Below, piece after piece: positions 12,508-22,320 of a stretch of DNA of 64,000 bases (position 1 is the stretch's first letter; each line of letters begins with the position of its first letter). The position numbers and the translations under genes are program-made. The DNA lies in the NCBI GenBank assembly GCA_000146045.2, contig BK006941.2, positions 992,001 through 1,056,000 on the forward strand. The letters run 5' to 3'. The notes below the pieces were generated by a model. It made no database searches, was not told the DNA's origin, and saw only the letters and a program-made list of their open reading frames with translations. The DNA comes from TPA_inf: Saccharomyces (taxonomy: Eukaryota).

Positions 12508-12529
12508 ATATATATATATATATATATAT
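12508..12529. repeat. (AT)11 microsatellite in the GND2 promoter
   Basis: A perfect 22-bp dinucleotide repeat about 95 bp upstream of the GND2 ATG. It may act as a TATA-like element. Confidence 0.9.
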
Positions 12530-12623
12530 GGAGACAACGTTTGAAGAATTCGTAGGTGCAGGTGAGCATATTGCCGGATAAGTGTAGTTACGCAACTACA
12601 ATTAAAAAAACACGAGGAACAGA

Positions 12624-14102
12624 ATGTCAAAGGCAGTAGGTGATTTAGGCTTAGTTGGTTTAGCCGTGATGGGTCAAAATTTGATCTTAAACGCAGCGGA
12701 TCACGGATTTACCGTGGTTGCTTATAATAGGACGCAATCAAAGGTAGATAGGTTTCTAGCTAATGAGGCAAAAGGAAAATCAATAATTGGTGCAACTTCA
12801 ATTGAGGACTTGGTTGCGAAACTAAAGAAACCTAGAAAGATTATGCTTTTAATCAAAGCCGGTGCTCCGGTCGACACTTTAATAAAGGAACTTGTACCAC
12901 ATCTTGATAAAGGCGACATTATTATCGACGGTGGTAACTCACATTTCCCGGACACTAACAGACGCTACGAAGAGCTAACAAAGCAAGGAATTCTTTTTGT
13001 GGGCTCTGGTGTCTCAGGCGGTGAAGATGGTGCACGTTTTGGTCCATCTTTAATGCCTGGTGGGTCAGCAGAAGCATGGCCGCACATCAAGAACATCTTT
13101 CAATCTATTGCCGCCAAATCAAACGGTGAGCCATGCTGCGAATGGGTGGGGCCTGCCGGTTCTGGTCACTATGTGAAGATGGTACACAACGGTATCGAGT
13201 ACGGTGATATGCAGTTGATTTGCGAGGCTTACGATATCATGAAACGAATTGGCCGGTTTACGGATAAAGAGATCAGTGAAGTATTTGACAAGTGGAACAC
13301 TGGAGTTTTGGATTCTTTCTTGATTGAAATCACGAGGGACATTTTAAAATTCGATGACGTCGACGGTAAGCCATTGGTGGAAAAAATTATGGATACTGCC
13401 GGTCAAAAGGGTACTGGTAAATGGACTGCAATCAACGCCTTGGATTTAGGAATGCCAGTCACTTTAATTGGGGAGGCTGTTTTCGCTCGTTGTTTGTCAG
13501 CCATAAAGGACGAACGTAAAAGAGCTTCGAAACTTCTGGCAGGACCAACAGTACCAAAGGATGCAATACATGATAGAGAACAATTTGTGTATGATTTGGA
13601 ACAAGCATTATACGCTTCAAAGATTATTTCATATGCTCAAGGTTTCATGCTGATCCGCGAAGCTGCCAGATCATACGGCTGGAAATTAAACAACCCAGCT
13701 ATTGCTCTAATGTGGAGAGGTGGCTGTATAATCAGATCTGTGTTCTTAGCTGAGATTACGAAGGCTTATAGGGACGATCCAGATTTGGAAAATTTATTAT
13801 TCAACGAGTTCTTCGCTTCTGCAGTTACTAAGGCCCAATCCGGTTGGAGAAGAACTATTGCCCTTGCTGCTACTTACGGTATTCCAACTCCAGCTTTCTC
13901 TACTGCTTTAGCGTTTTACGACGGCTATAGATCTGAGAGGCTACCAGCAAACTTGTTACAAGCGCAACGTGATTATTTTGGCGCTCATACATTTAGAATT
14001 TTACCTGAATGTGCTTCTGCCCATTTGCCAGTAGACAAGGATATTCATATCAATTGGACTGGGCACGGAGGTAATATATCTTCCTCAACCTACCAAGCTT
14101 AA
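12624..14102 (+). CDS. GND2: 6-phosphogluconate dehydrogenase (decarboxylating), minor isoform, 492 aa
   Basis: 492-aa ORF with an NADP-binding N-terminus (GLVGLAVMGQNL) and a 6PGDH C-terminal domain. The 492-aa length and position fit YGR256W; GND1 is 489 aa and on chromosome VIII. Confidence 0.93.
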   Translation: MSKAVGDLGLVGLAVMGQNLILNAADHGFTVVAYNRTQSKVDRFLANEAKGKSIIGATSIEDLVAKLKKPRKIMLLIKAGAPVDTLIKELVPHLDKGDIIIDGGNSHFPDTNRRYEELTKQGILFVGSGVSGGEDGARFGPSLMPGGSAEAWPHIKNIFQSIAAKSNGEPCCEWVGPAGSGHYVKMVHNGIEYGDMQLICEAYDIMKRIGRFTDKEISEVFDKWNTGVLDSFLIEITRDILKFDDVDGKPLVEKIMDTAGQKGTGKWTAINALDLGMPVTLIGEAVFARCLSAIKDERKRASKLLAGPTVPKDAIHDREQFVYDLEQALYASKIISYAQGFMLIREAARSYGWKLNNPAIALMWRGGCIIRSVFLAEITKAYRDDPDLENLLFNEFFASAVTKAQSGWRRTIALAATYGIPTPAFSTALAFYDGYRSERLPANLLQAQRDYFGAHTFRILPECASAHLPVDKDIHINWTGHGGNISSSTYQA

Positions 14103-14204
14103 GGAGTTAAAGGCAAAGTTTTCTTTTCTAGAGCCGTTCCCACAAATAATTATACGTATATGCTTCTTTTCGTTTACTATATATCTATATTTACAAGCCT
14201 TTAT

Positions 14205-15305
14205 TCACTGATGCAATTTGTTTCCAAATACTTTTTTGGAGATCTCATAACTAGATATCATGATGGCGCAACTTGGGCGTATCTTAATTACTCTGGCTGC
14301 CAGGCCCGTGTAGAGGGCCGCAAGACCTTCTGTACGCCATATAGTCTCTAAGAACTTGAACATGTTTCTAGACCTATTGCCGCCTTTCGGATCGCTATTG
14401 TTCATCATGGATATTTGCCATCTCGTCTTACCGACATCAAAAGGGTGTGTGCATATAGCAGCTATCATCCCACTTATGCAACCACTGGCAAAACTGTTTA
14501 TAAAATGGACCCAGTTTGCGTCCTTAGATGCAAATCGAGTAGAATCTAGCCATAGTCTTTCCTTGCAAAGTTCATAGGAACTCCAATATATTGCACTAAA
14601 CGGAACGTCTCTCCACAGAGTGATCTCCAAACCTTTGAAGAGGGCCCGAGAAGGACCCACCATTTTCATTTCCTGCCTCGTTTCGTTTAATAAATCTTTA
14701 ACCATCATCCATGTCTTTGTGGACTTTGATGATCTCGGTATACTTTGCAGTTTAGTTTTAACCAATTCTAAAGGTGCAATACTTGTTGCTGCAAATACCC
14801 TCGCAATTGCACCACAAAAGAGGGGGTTTAATGTTGGGTACGTCGAGGCTATAGGAGAAACGTCTCTTATATATTCATAACCACTAAAATAAACCATGTT
14901 GGCAGGAATAGCCATTAATAGGGTCAAAGAAATACCCCTCCACAAACTTGTAATACCTTCGACGCTGGCAATTTTCGTGAATGCTTCTAAAGTACCGTTG
15001 AACTTCAACGATGAATTTTTACAGTGCAGTTCTTGAAAACAAGCACTCTCCCAAAATATTTTTGCGTTGTTCAAGTTCTGTCCTCCGACGTTGGTGAATG
15101 TCTTCATTTTGGAGCCTGAGCTAACGGCGTTGGGCACTTCGGCAGCCCCATCACATGAACAGTCAGGAATCATCTGCTGCTGTTGCAGCCGTATTCTCAC
15201 TACATCCATCGGTGTCAAAATCAAAGAAGTGAGTACTGATCCAGCACCGGCACTTAACATTCGTTCTTTTAAGGTCAGGCTGTTACTTGTATTGCGATCA
15301 CTCAT
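14205..15305 (-). CDS. MTM1: Mitochondrial carrier family protein, 366 aa
   Basis: Three mitochondrial-carrier repeats (PMDVVRIRLQ, PLELVKTKLQ, PFDVGKTRWQ). Length matches YGR257C. Confidence 0.9.
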   Translation of the reverse strand: MSDRNTSNSLTLKERMLSAGAGSVLTSLILTPMDVVRIRLQQQQMIPDCSCDGAAEVPNAVSSGSKMKTFTNVGGQNLNNAKIFWESACFQELHCKNSSLKFNGTLEAFTKIASVEGITSLWRGISLTLLMAIPANMVYFSGYEYIRDVSPIASTYPTLNPLFCGAIARVFAATSIAPLELVKTKLQSIPRSSKSTKTWMMVKDLLNETRQEMKMVGPSRALFKGLEITLWRDVPFSAIYWSSYELCKERLWLDSTRFASKDANWVHFINSFASGCISGMIAAICTHPFDVGKTRWQISMMNNSDPKGGNRSRNMFKFLETIWRTEGLAALYTGLAARVIKIRPSCAIMISSYEISKKVFGNKLHQ

Positions 15306-15670
15306 ATCGTATTATCAACACCTCGTTTCCTTTCCTACGATACTTTATGGCTTTGGCTCATACGATTCCTGTGAAGTGAACTGGCACAAATATGAGGGTA
15401 GTGTGCCCCAATTCCAGAGGAGTGATCTTCCCGGAAATATGCAAAAATGACAGAATGTGTCTTATTCTCTAATTGCTATTCTGAGATCTTCAAGATGGCG
15501 AAAAATAACGTTGCGCGTGTTTGGGTGGGTGCCAAAAGTGTCATACCTCACCGACGCAAAGATACCAAAAGGACCGTATATATCTACTATTCCTGGATCG
15601 GTTGACTTTGTTAACATGCAGAAACAAAGGTAATGTTTATAAATAGTAAATCATACATAAGTATATGTTA

Positions 15671-18600
15671 TTACATCTTTCTTTTCTTTAGTTTACCTGT
15701 TGCGGTTGAAATTCTCTTACTTGTATTGAGCTTCTTATCACCAGATATGTACTCCCTTGGAAAAAATTCATTAATCCTTTTTTGCTTCCCCTTCTTTTTG
15801 CGTTTATTAACATCTCTAATTAAGGGAATGAGAATTTCATCAGACTTTTCGTGTGGCCAACCTAGTTGAGTCTTCATGAATGAACGAAGCATATCGAGAT
15901 CTGGTACCCCCCAAACAAACGGCGTGGTATCGTGATCGACTTCTGGTCTCATATACGCATCATAAACCATGACGCTAGGAAAATCATCATCTAAGATAAT
16001 TTCGTTATTTACCAGTTTTTTTCTCAGGTCTTTTTCAAATTTATTTTCCGTTTCTTGCTTACGTTTATCAAACTGCCCATTATTATACCAGTCTTTAAAA
16101 TTTTTTAGGTTTCCAAATTCTGCAATCACTTCAATGCTTGAAACGGGACCCATACCCTTCAATCCATTCGTGTAATCGCTCCCTAAAAGCTGTGCCAACT
16201 CAATCATATTCTTTCTATCCAAGCCCAATAATTTTAAAATAGATTCCGCATCATAAAATTCAACATAGTTCTTTTCGTGGAACATATTTTTGTAGATCTT
16301 TGTACCTCCAAATAGGAAAACATCACTGTCATCGGTAATTATACCATCGACAAGGTTTAGTTGTAACAATTCCGCACACTGTGCTTCAGCTTCCATAGGC
16401 GCAGTGATATAGGGGATTCCAAACCTCGATAGTAATTCTTGCACTTCTTTGATCATATCCATAGTTACCTCATCCGAATCTCTTTTATCCTTCATCTGTT
16501 GTTCGAATAATTCATCCTCCACAAAAGCGTTCTCGGCAACGTTTCTTTCAGCAGAAGTGGACAAAGTCGTGTTTTTAAATGTATCAAACTCTTCTTGTTC
16601 CTTTATCATATTTTCTACTATGTTATCTTCTTCATCTTCGGAGAAGTCATAGTCGAATATAAGAGGCTTTCTATGCTCCTTATTTATAGATTCGACTTTT
16701 CTACTATCGTTATCCTCTGCTTCTTTTGAAATCTGAGATTTAGTGGGAACGTCCTCAAATAGTTCTTCTGATAAAACTTCTAAGTCATCGTCCTTGTTTT
16801 CATCATTGGAGCTCTCTTTCTCGCTTTCTCTTTCTAATATTTCCGTAGCATTTAAGCCTGTCAAGAGTTCATAGCTACTCCCTTTATTGGTAGTTTCTGC
16901 TCCACTTTCTTGTTCATTTCTTACGTTTTTATCTTCCACGAAATTTGTTGTGTTATAGGGATTATACAACTGCTGGGAAGCAGTTGAAGAAAACCAGCTC
17001 GGCATTTCAGGAATTGGAGACTTTTCCTTCGTGGCTTCTTGGGACACATTACTCTCGGTATTCTTTTGAAAAAGCAGGGAATTTTCATTGTTAAAATCAA
17101 ACTGTGGTATCTTGTGAGAAATAAAATTCAGGTTTTGCTCCCCCTCTGTTAAAATAGCCCCTTTATCCTCCTGCTGAGACGGTGGCCTAAACTCAGAAAG
17201 AACTGTCTTGCTGGTCCTTTTGATGACCGACTCTGATTTGCTATTCAAATTTGTGACATGATACGGTTGCTTACTATCCGGTTGTGCGCCAAGTAATCCA
17301 TACTGTACTATTGGTGGACGAGCCTCTGTACCTTTTGACGTTACCGGCTTAGCGATTTTTGATTTGTCGTCCGCTTCAGGTTTCTTTTCCATCTTAGAAA
17401 GTTGCACTGCCTCCATCATTTCAATTTCCTCAATTTGTTTCAGGTAATCCTCATCGTCGTCTTCCACGCTGATTCTGCTAATTCTCATTGTTGGAGTAGT
17501 CTTGGAGGGCGATGCCTGATCATGTCTTTTGTCCAAAAACGATTTACTGCCAGCGTTGTTTAGGGATTGGCCCATGTAAGGCAACCTTGCAGCTTTCAAA
17601 GAAAAATCTTCCACAAACTTGACGTTCTTGGGCTTGAGTTCAACTTCTTCCCACTCACATTCATCAGAGTCACATCCCTCATCTTCTGACCGGTTACTCC
17701 TTTTCTGTGGAGCTGTCGTCGCGTTAGAAGACTCATGTCGCACTATTTTTAAGGAATTATCTTCCAAATCATCCCATCGGAGCACGTCCCCGTCCTCAGC
17801 ATTACTATCTAACTGCTTTACCAAAGCGCCTGCATCTTTATCGTCTATTACGATTGCTTTTTGCGCATCAGAGCCATCGTTTGCCCCTAGTCCAAGAATC
17901 CACCCGTTATTAGTCTTAGTCAACTTGTACTCTTTACTCTTTTGGCCGGATATCCTATTGATCACCTCCTCGTTCAGCTTAGACGCTCCACCATCCTGAA
18001 ACCCAGTAGTGTTGATTAACTTTTGAGTAAAAAAATTCCTCCTTTTCACCATGTCTATTTGAAATCTTGAGAAATCCATACTATTTGGGAAGATGGTCTC
18101 CAATTGTTCTTTCGAGTATCCCATCCTCAGTCTTGATTTCAACCTCAACGACGATAATATCAAATACTGTGTGGCCTTTGGCAGCTCTTCAAATTCGGCC
18201 GATGCTGGATTTATAGTGTCTAAATCAATGTCTTCCAGTCCATCACCGTTTATCGAATTCATCAGTTTTTCAAAAGTTTTATTAGAGTTAACTCTTGCAT
18301 CTTCCTTATCGTATTTGAATCCCGGTATATCGGGCAAGTCCCACTCGTCCTGAGGTTTGAAGATCTGCACACTACTGCCACTACTCGGTGTAGAGTTTTT
18401 TACGTTATCGTTTGAGCCGTTTTGCAATTGTAAAGCCAGCAGCTTCCTAGCGGTGGATTTCGCACTCTCTCGTTTTCCCTGTCTTCTTTCTTTCCTCTGC
18501 CGTATTGTTTCCCTTTTCAATACGGGCACACCACCATCAAAGACGAATACCGGCCTAATGCCAAAGTATAATAGCTTACAAATTCTTCTAAAGAACCCAG

Positions 18601-18766
18601 TAATATGAGAATTCTTCACTGCATTCCCCTCCTGATCACGGACAGCTTTCAAAAACTGATATATCCAAATGGAGGCATCTACTGCCATTCTCTTATCTTC
18701 CAAGGATTCCAGCCTGACCGGTCTTGCCGTAGGACCTGCAATATCCCAAAATGAATGCACACCCAT
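15671..18766 (-). CDS. RAD2: XPG-family nucleotide-excision-repair endonuclease, 1031 aa
   Basis: An XPG N-domain (MGVHSFWDIAGP...) and an I-domain (ITDDSDVFLFGG) are separated by a long acidic, low-complexity spacer. The 1031-aa length matches YGR258C. Confidence 0.95.
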   Translation of the reverse strand: MGVHSFWDIAGPTARPVRLESLEDKRMAVDASIWIYQFLKAVRDQEGNAVKNSHITGFFRRICKLLYFGIRPVFVFDGGVPVLKRETIRQRKERRQGKRESAKSTARKLLALQLQNGSNDNVKNSTPSSGSSVQIFKPQDEWDLPDIPGFKYDKEDARVNSNKTFEKLMNSINGDGLEDIDLDTINPASAEFEELPKATQYLILSSLRLKSRLRMGYSKEQLETIFPNSMDFSRFQIDMVKRRNFFTQKLINTTGFQDGGASKLNEEVINRISGQKSKEYKLTKTNNGWILGLGANDGSDAQKAIVIDDKDAGALVKQLDSNAEDGDVLRWDDLEDNSLKIVRHESSNATTAPQKRSNRSEDEGCDSDECEWEEVELKPKNVKFVEDFSLKAARLPYMGQSLNNAGSKSFLDKRHDQASPSKTTPTMRISRISVEDDDEDYLKQIEEIEMMEAVQLSKMEKKPEADDKSKIAKPVTSKGTEARPPIVQYGLLGAQPDSKQPYHVTNLNSKSESVIKRTSKTVLSEFRPPSQQEDKGAILTEGEQNLNFISHKIPQFDFNNENSLLFQKNTESNVSQEATKEKSPIPEMPSWFSSTASQQLYNPYNTTNFVEDKNVRNEQESGAETTNKGSSYELLTGLNATEILERESEKESSNDENKDDDLEVLSEELFEDVPTKSQISKEAEDNDSRKVESINKEHRKPLIFDYDFSEDEEDNIVENMIKEQEEFDTFKNTTLSTSAERNVAENAFVEDELFEQQMKDKRDSDEVTMDMIKEVQELLSRFGIPYITAPMEAEAQCAELLQLNLVDGIITDDSDVFLFGGTKIYKNMFHEKNYVEFYDAESILKLLGLDRKNMIELAQLLGSDYTNGLKGMGPVSSIEVIAEFGNLKNFKDWYNNGQFDKRKQETENKFEKDLRKKLVNNEIILDDDFPSVMVYDAYMRPEVDHDTTPFVWGVPDLDMLRSFMKTQLGWPHEKSDEILIPLIRDVNKRKKKGKQKRINEFFPREYISGDKKLNTSKRISTATGKLKKRKM

Positions 18767-18881
18767 GTCTGAAGTTTGGCGTTCTCCCGAAAATGCTTTT
18801 CTTCATGGATGACGTGTAGAACCTTCAATGATTTACGTACAGTTTTTCAATCCCTTTAAGGTCTCTATATGTGGCGGCATC

Positions 18882-18911
18882 TTTTCTTTTTCTTTTCTTT
18901 TTTTTTTTTTC
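18882..18911. repeat. Pyrimidine tract ending in poly(dT) in the RAD2 promoter
   Basis: tcttttctttttcttttcttttttttttttt, about 120-150 bp upstream of the RAD2 ATG. Confidence 0.8.
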
Positions 18912-19803
18912 ACTCTCCCTTTTAATGCCTCCACGGAGGTTCGAATGGGTTATACTAGAAAGAAAAAAAAATAGTGATAATTAACAATGAAAAAAAAAAA
19001 ACAGCAACAAAATGTGGTATTGGGGTCACACCACTCATTGACTCACATCCTCTGGAAACATCAAAAAGCTACCAAAAAAGAAAAAAAAAAAAATTCAAGT
19101 GCGAAGTTTCCGCATATGCAAACCTTACTTATTGTATAATATTGGTAACAGCAGCTACTAAGCTCCCTGACTCTGATTTCTCTCTCTGTCTCTTTTGAGG
19201 AGTACCTTCTGCGCTACTGTGTTCCAATGGTATCTGCGCCTTGAAAATCAATCACAAACGCTCTTGCTATGGCCTGCCTTGGACACGATACGTCGCTGCT
19301 TATGCCGCCAGGTGTCAGTAAATGCTCTGACGCACCCATTCACCCCGCGCACTAATTTGCAAAATTTGGGGGCAGTTTGGGAATACTCCATAGAAAAAAT
19401 CGACTTCAAATCAATTCCGCACAACGTCGCCGTGTTGGCTAAAGTGAACGGAAAATGGACGACATGGTAAAAGAACAGATATGTACATATACAGAAGCCG
19501 CGATTTCACATGCCGGCCATTATGGCACACAACCAGGTCTTGTACTGTCACTATGTGCGTTCCGGAACGCCTGTACAGTCCATGGTGAACCATTTATTTA
19601 TTTATTATTATTATTTTGTACATTATTATTTATGCTATATGTTATTATTATTATCACTATTTAATATTATTATTCGGGTCCAGGTGAAATAACAAAGTCT
19701 GGCGCCAGTCACTTGTCTGGGTGCCCGTATTCTCTGTTACAGCGGTATCCCTCTGGATTCTGCAATCGTCGCCGGCTTCTACTAATTTTTCCTTTCCTTT
19801 TTG

Positions 19804-19818
19804 TTTTTTTTTTTTTTT
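19804..19818. repeat. poly(dT) tract, T15
   Basis: Homopolymer in the RAD2/TNA1 divergent intergenic region. Confidence 0.85.
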
Positions 19819-20419
19819 AGTTTTTTATTTTCTAGTTTCCTGCTCGTATTCTGTTGGTTTTTCCAGTGTCTCTCTCCTTTTACAAGTCACCCATTCTCTG
19901 CGAAGAAGCGGTCGCACCAACAAAATAGAAAATACCACCGGACGCCGGATCGCTTATTACTCGCAATCATAGTTACCAATCACAGCCGGGCATACTCGGG
20001 ATCTACCGTAGAATCCTATGCGTCACACATGAGGACAGGTTACGAACCGTCGAAGGCTTCGCGGCGTGTGTGATTAGTATTGTTTTGACCTCATCCATAC
20101 ACCCTGAAATATCTGTCGCATCTCCGATTACGTTAAAAATTCTGGATAATATATAAACCATGAGTTTTCCTTTCTTTGAAGTATGTTCCTACTCGAGATC
20201 CTTTTGTTATTTTATTGCCATTTTTTTTTTGTTTCATATGTACTTCTTATCTACTATTTATATTTCTCTATATTAACTAACTCTCCAAGCTATAAGCATA
20301 CGTCCATATTTACTGTCTTAGAAGTCGTATTCACATCACAGTTTTCCCCCTCTTCGCCTTTTTCAAACTATTTTCCCCCGTGAGACAGCGACTGAAAAAA
20401 AAACGACTGCGCAGAAGGC

Positions 20420-20427
20420 TTATATAA
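20420..20427 (+). promoter_or_regulatory. TATA box (TATATAAA) of TNA1, flanked by poly(A) runs
   Basis: Consensus TATA about 60 bp upstream of the TNA1 ATG, with A9 and A11 tracts on either side. Confidence 0.5.
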
Positions 20428-20484
20428 AAAAAAAAAGAAATATTTCTTCACTTTCGAGCATTGAACTATTGTCATTACCTCTAG

Positions 20485-22089
20485 ATGAGCAACAAATTTA
20501 CAATGGAGTCACCTAAGCATTTGGTGGATGATGTGCTTTTCATATCACCCACCAATGATGGATCAGAAGAAAAGCCTACGGAAGTCACGTTCCAGGAAGA
20601 TGAAGGCCATGACGCTAGCTTGCATAATCGCAGCCATGACAAGAAGTCGGAACTTGCCACCGAACGGGAAATTATGGCTACTACCACGGATGATGACGGC
20701 ATCCCCTCCCCTTCCCATCCAATGGAAAAGCGTGTCTTGCGCAAAATGGATATATACTTGATTCCTCTTATGGGGATGCTATATTTCCTTTCTAACCTGG
20801 ATAAATCGAATATTGGTAACGCAGAAGTTGCAGGTCTATCCAAGGATATCCACCTTGTAGGAACGCAATATAACACATGTGTCACAGTTTTTTTCGCGAC
20901 GTATGTTCTTTTCGACCCCATAGGTACTAACCTTCTGAAAATTATGGGTCCGCCATTAATGATGAGTATCTGTTTGACCTGTTTCGGTGCTATTTCGCTC
21001 GGAACTGCTTGGGTTAAGAATTATGCTCAATTGATCGTTGTCAGACTACTACTGGGTGCCTTTGAAGGTATGATTTATCCCGCTATTAACATGTACCTTT
21101 CAGTCTGCTATAGAAGAGAACAATATGCTCTGAGGTTCGCTTTTGTCTTCAGTGCAGCCTGTTTGTCTTCATCTTTTGGTGGGCTGATTGCTTATGGTTG
21201 TTCCAAAATCAGCGGTTCTCTAAAGGACTGGCAATACATTTACATTGTCGAAGGTTGTATCTCTTTGGGGTTCGTACCATTCTATGCCTTCGGGTTGAGC
21301 AAAAATTTGGAGGATTCGTGGTTTTTCAATAAGGAGGAAAAAGAGTACATTTCCGAAAGATACAAGACTATGAACACTTTTGACCCGGACGAAAAATTTG
21401 AATGGTTCCAAGTGTGGCAAGCAGTTAAGGATGTCAAGACTTGGGCTAGTGCTGTGGCATTATTCGGTATCGATTTGACTACTTTTGGTCTAACAGTCTT
21501 CTTGCCGATCATCATTACCAGTATGGGGTTCACTAATGTCAGAGCTCAATTAATGACCGTGCCCATCTATTTCCTTACAGCAATTGTGTTCTTCATTTGT
21601 GCCGTTTGGTCTGATCGTATAAAGTTGAGATCTCCATTCATCCTGGGTGCTTGTCTGACGACTTCGATAGGCATAGCTATCGTCCTTGGTTCTCAAGTTC
21701 ATGGTGTGAGATATTTTGGCGTTTACATTCTTTGTATGGGTATTTACGTTAATGCTGCCTGTAACTGTTTATGGTTAAGTGGTAACACTGGTAATTACTT
21801 CAAGAGAGCCACCGCTTTAGGAATTAATCTATTTTTCGGGTCTGGTTCAGGGTTGGTCTCTGGTCAAATTTTTGTTGCCAAAGACAAGCCAAGATATATC
21901 AAAGGGCTGTCGATTAGTCTGGCCTTTCAAGTCTTCTCCATATTTATGACGGTTGTGCAAATTTTCCTATACAAGAGGGAAAACGATAAAAAGAAAGCAA
22001 TAATAGATCGCTGTAATGAATTGGGAGAGCCTATTCCATACGACGAAAGGTTAAGCGACAAAAACCCTGAGTTTAAGTACATGTATTAG
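20485..22089 (+). CDS. TNA1: High-affinity nicotinic acid permease (major facilitator superfamily), 534 aa
   Basis: 534-aa polytopic membrane protein of the Dal5 family of the major facilitator superfamily. Length and position match YGR260W. Confidence 0.9.
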   Translation: MSNKFTMESPKHLVDDVLFISPTNDGSEEKPTEVTFQEDEGHDASLHNRSHDKKSELATEREIMATTTDDDGIPSPSHPMEKRVLRKMDIYLIPLMGMLYFLSNLDKSNIGNAEVAGLSKDIHLVGTQYNTCVTVFFATYVLFDPIGTNLLKIMGPPLMMSICLTCFGAISLGTAWVKNYAQLIVVRLLLGAFEGMIYPAINMYLSVCYRREQYALRFAFVFSAACLSSSFGGLIAYGCSKISGSLKDWQYIYIVEGCISLGFVPFYAFGLSKNLEDSWFFNKEEKEYISERYKTMNTFDPDEKFEWFQVWQAVKDVKTWASAVALFGIDLTTFGLTVFLPIIITSMGFTNVRAQLMTVPIYFLTAIVFFICAVWSDRIKLRSPFILGACLTTSIGIAIVLGSQVHGVRYFGVYILCMGIYVNAACNCLWLSGNTGNYFKRATALGINLFFGSGSGLVSGQIFVAKDKPRYIKGLSISLAFQVFSIFMTVVQIFLYKRENDKKKAIIDRCNELGEPIPYDERLSDKNPEFKYMY

Positions 22090-22320
22090 GCTTGACTTTC
22101 TTCACCCTCCACTTTTTTTGCCCCTCGTTATGAGTGTGTTTGCAATTTGTAACTTTTCTTTTATATTTGTATGTATTTTTGTACTAAGCAAATTCACATG
22201 AAACTTTGTTTACCAACTTCTCTTTTGTTTTCGTCCCAAACACGTATATTACTGGGAAGATATACATGCCTATATCTATATCTATAAATATACATATTTA
22301 TATAGTATTATCTCCGAGTT

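Noticed and set aside
11963-12623. Search for Ty LTR (delta, sigma or tau) fragments flanking the tRNA-Thr gene
   Set aside because: No TGTTGGAATA...TCTCAACA-type termini and no sigma-like sequence were seen. The flanks look like unique promoter DNA.
20481-20921. 146-aa minus-strand ORF overlapping the 5' end of TNA1 (corresponds to the dubious ORF YGR259C)
   Set aside because: It completely overlaps the TNA1 promoter and N-terminal coding region in antisense. Its composition is low-complexity. It is treated as a dubious ORF.
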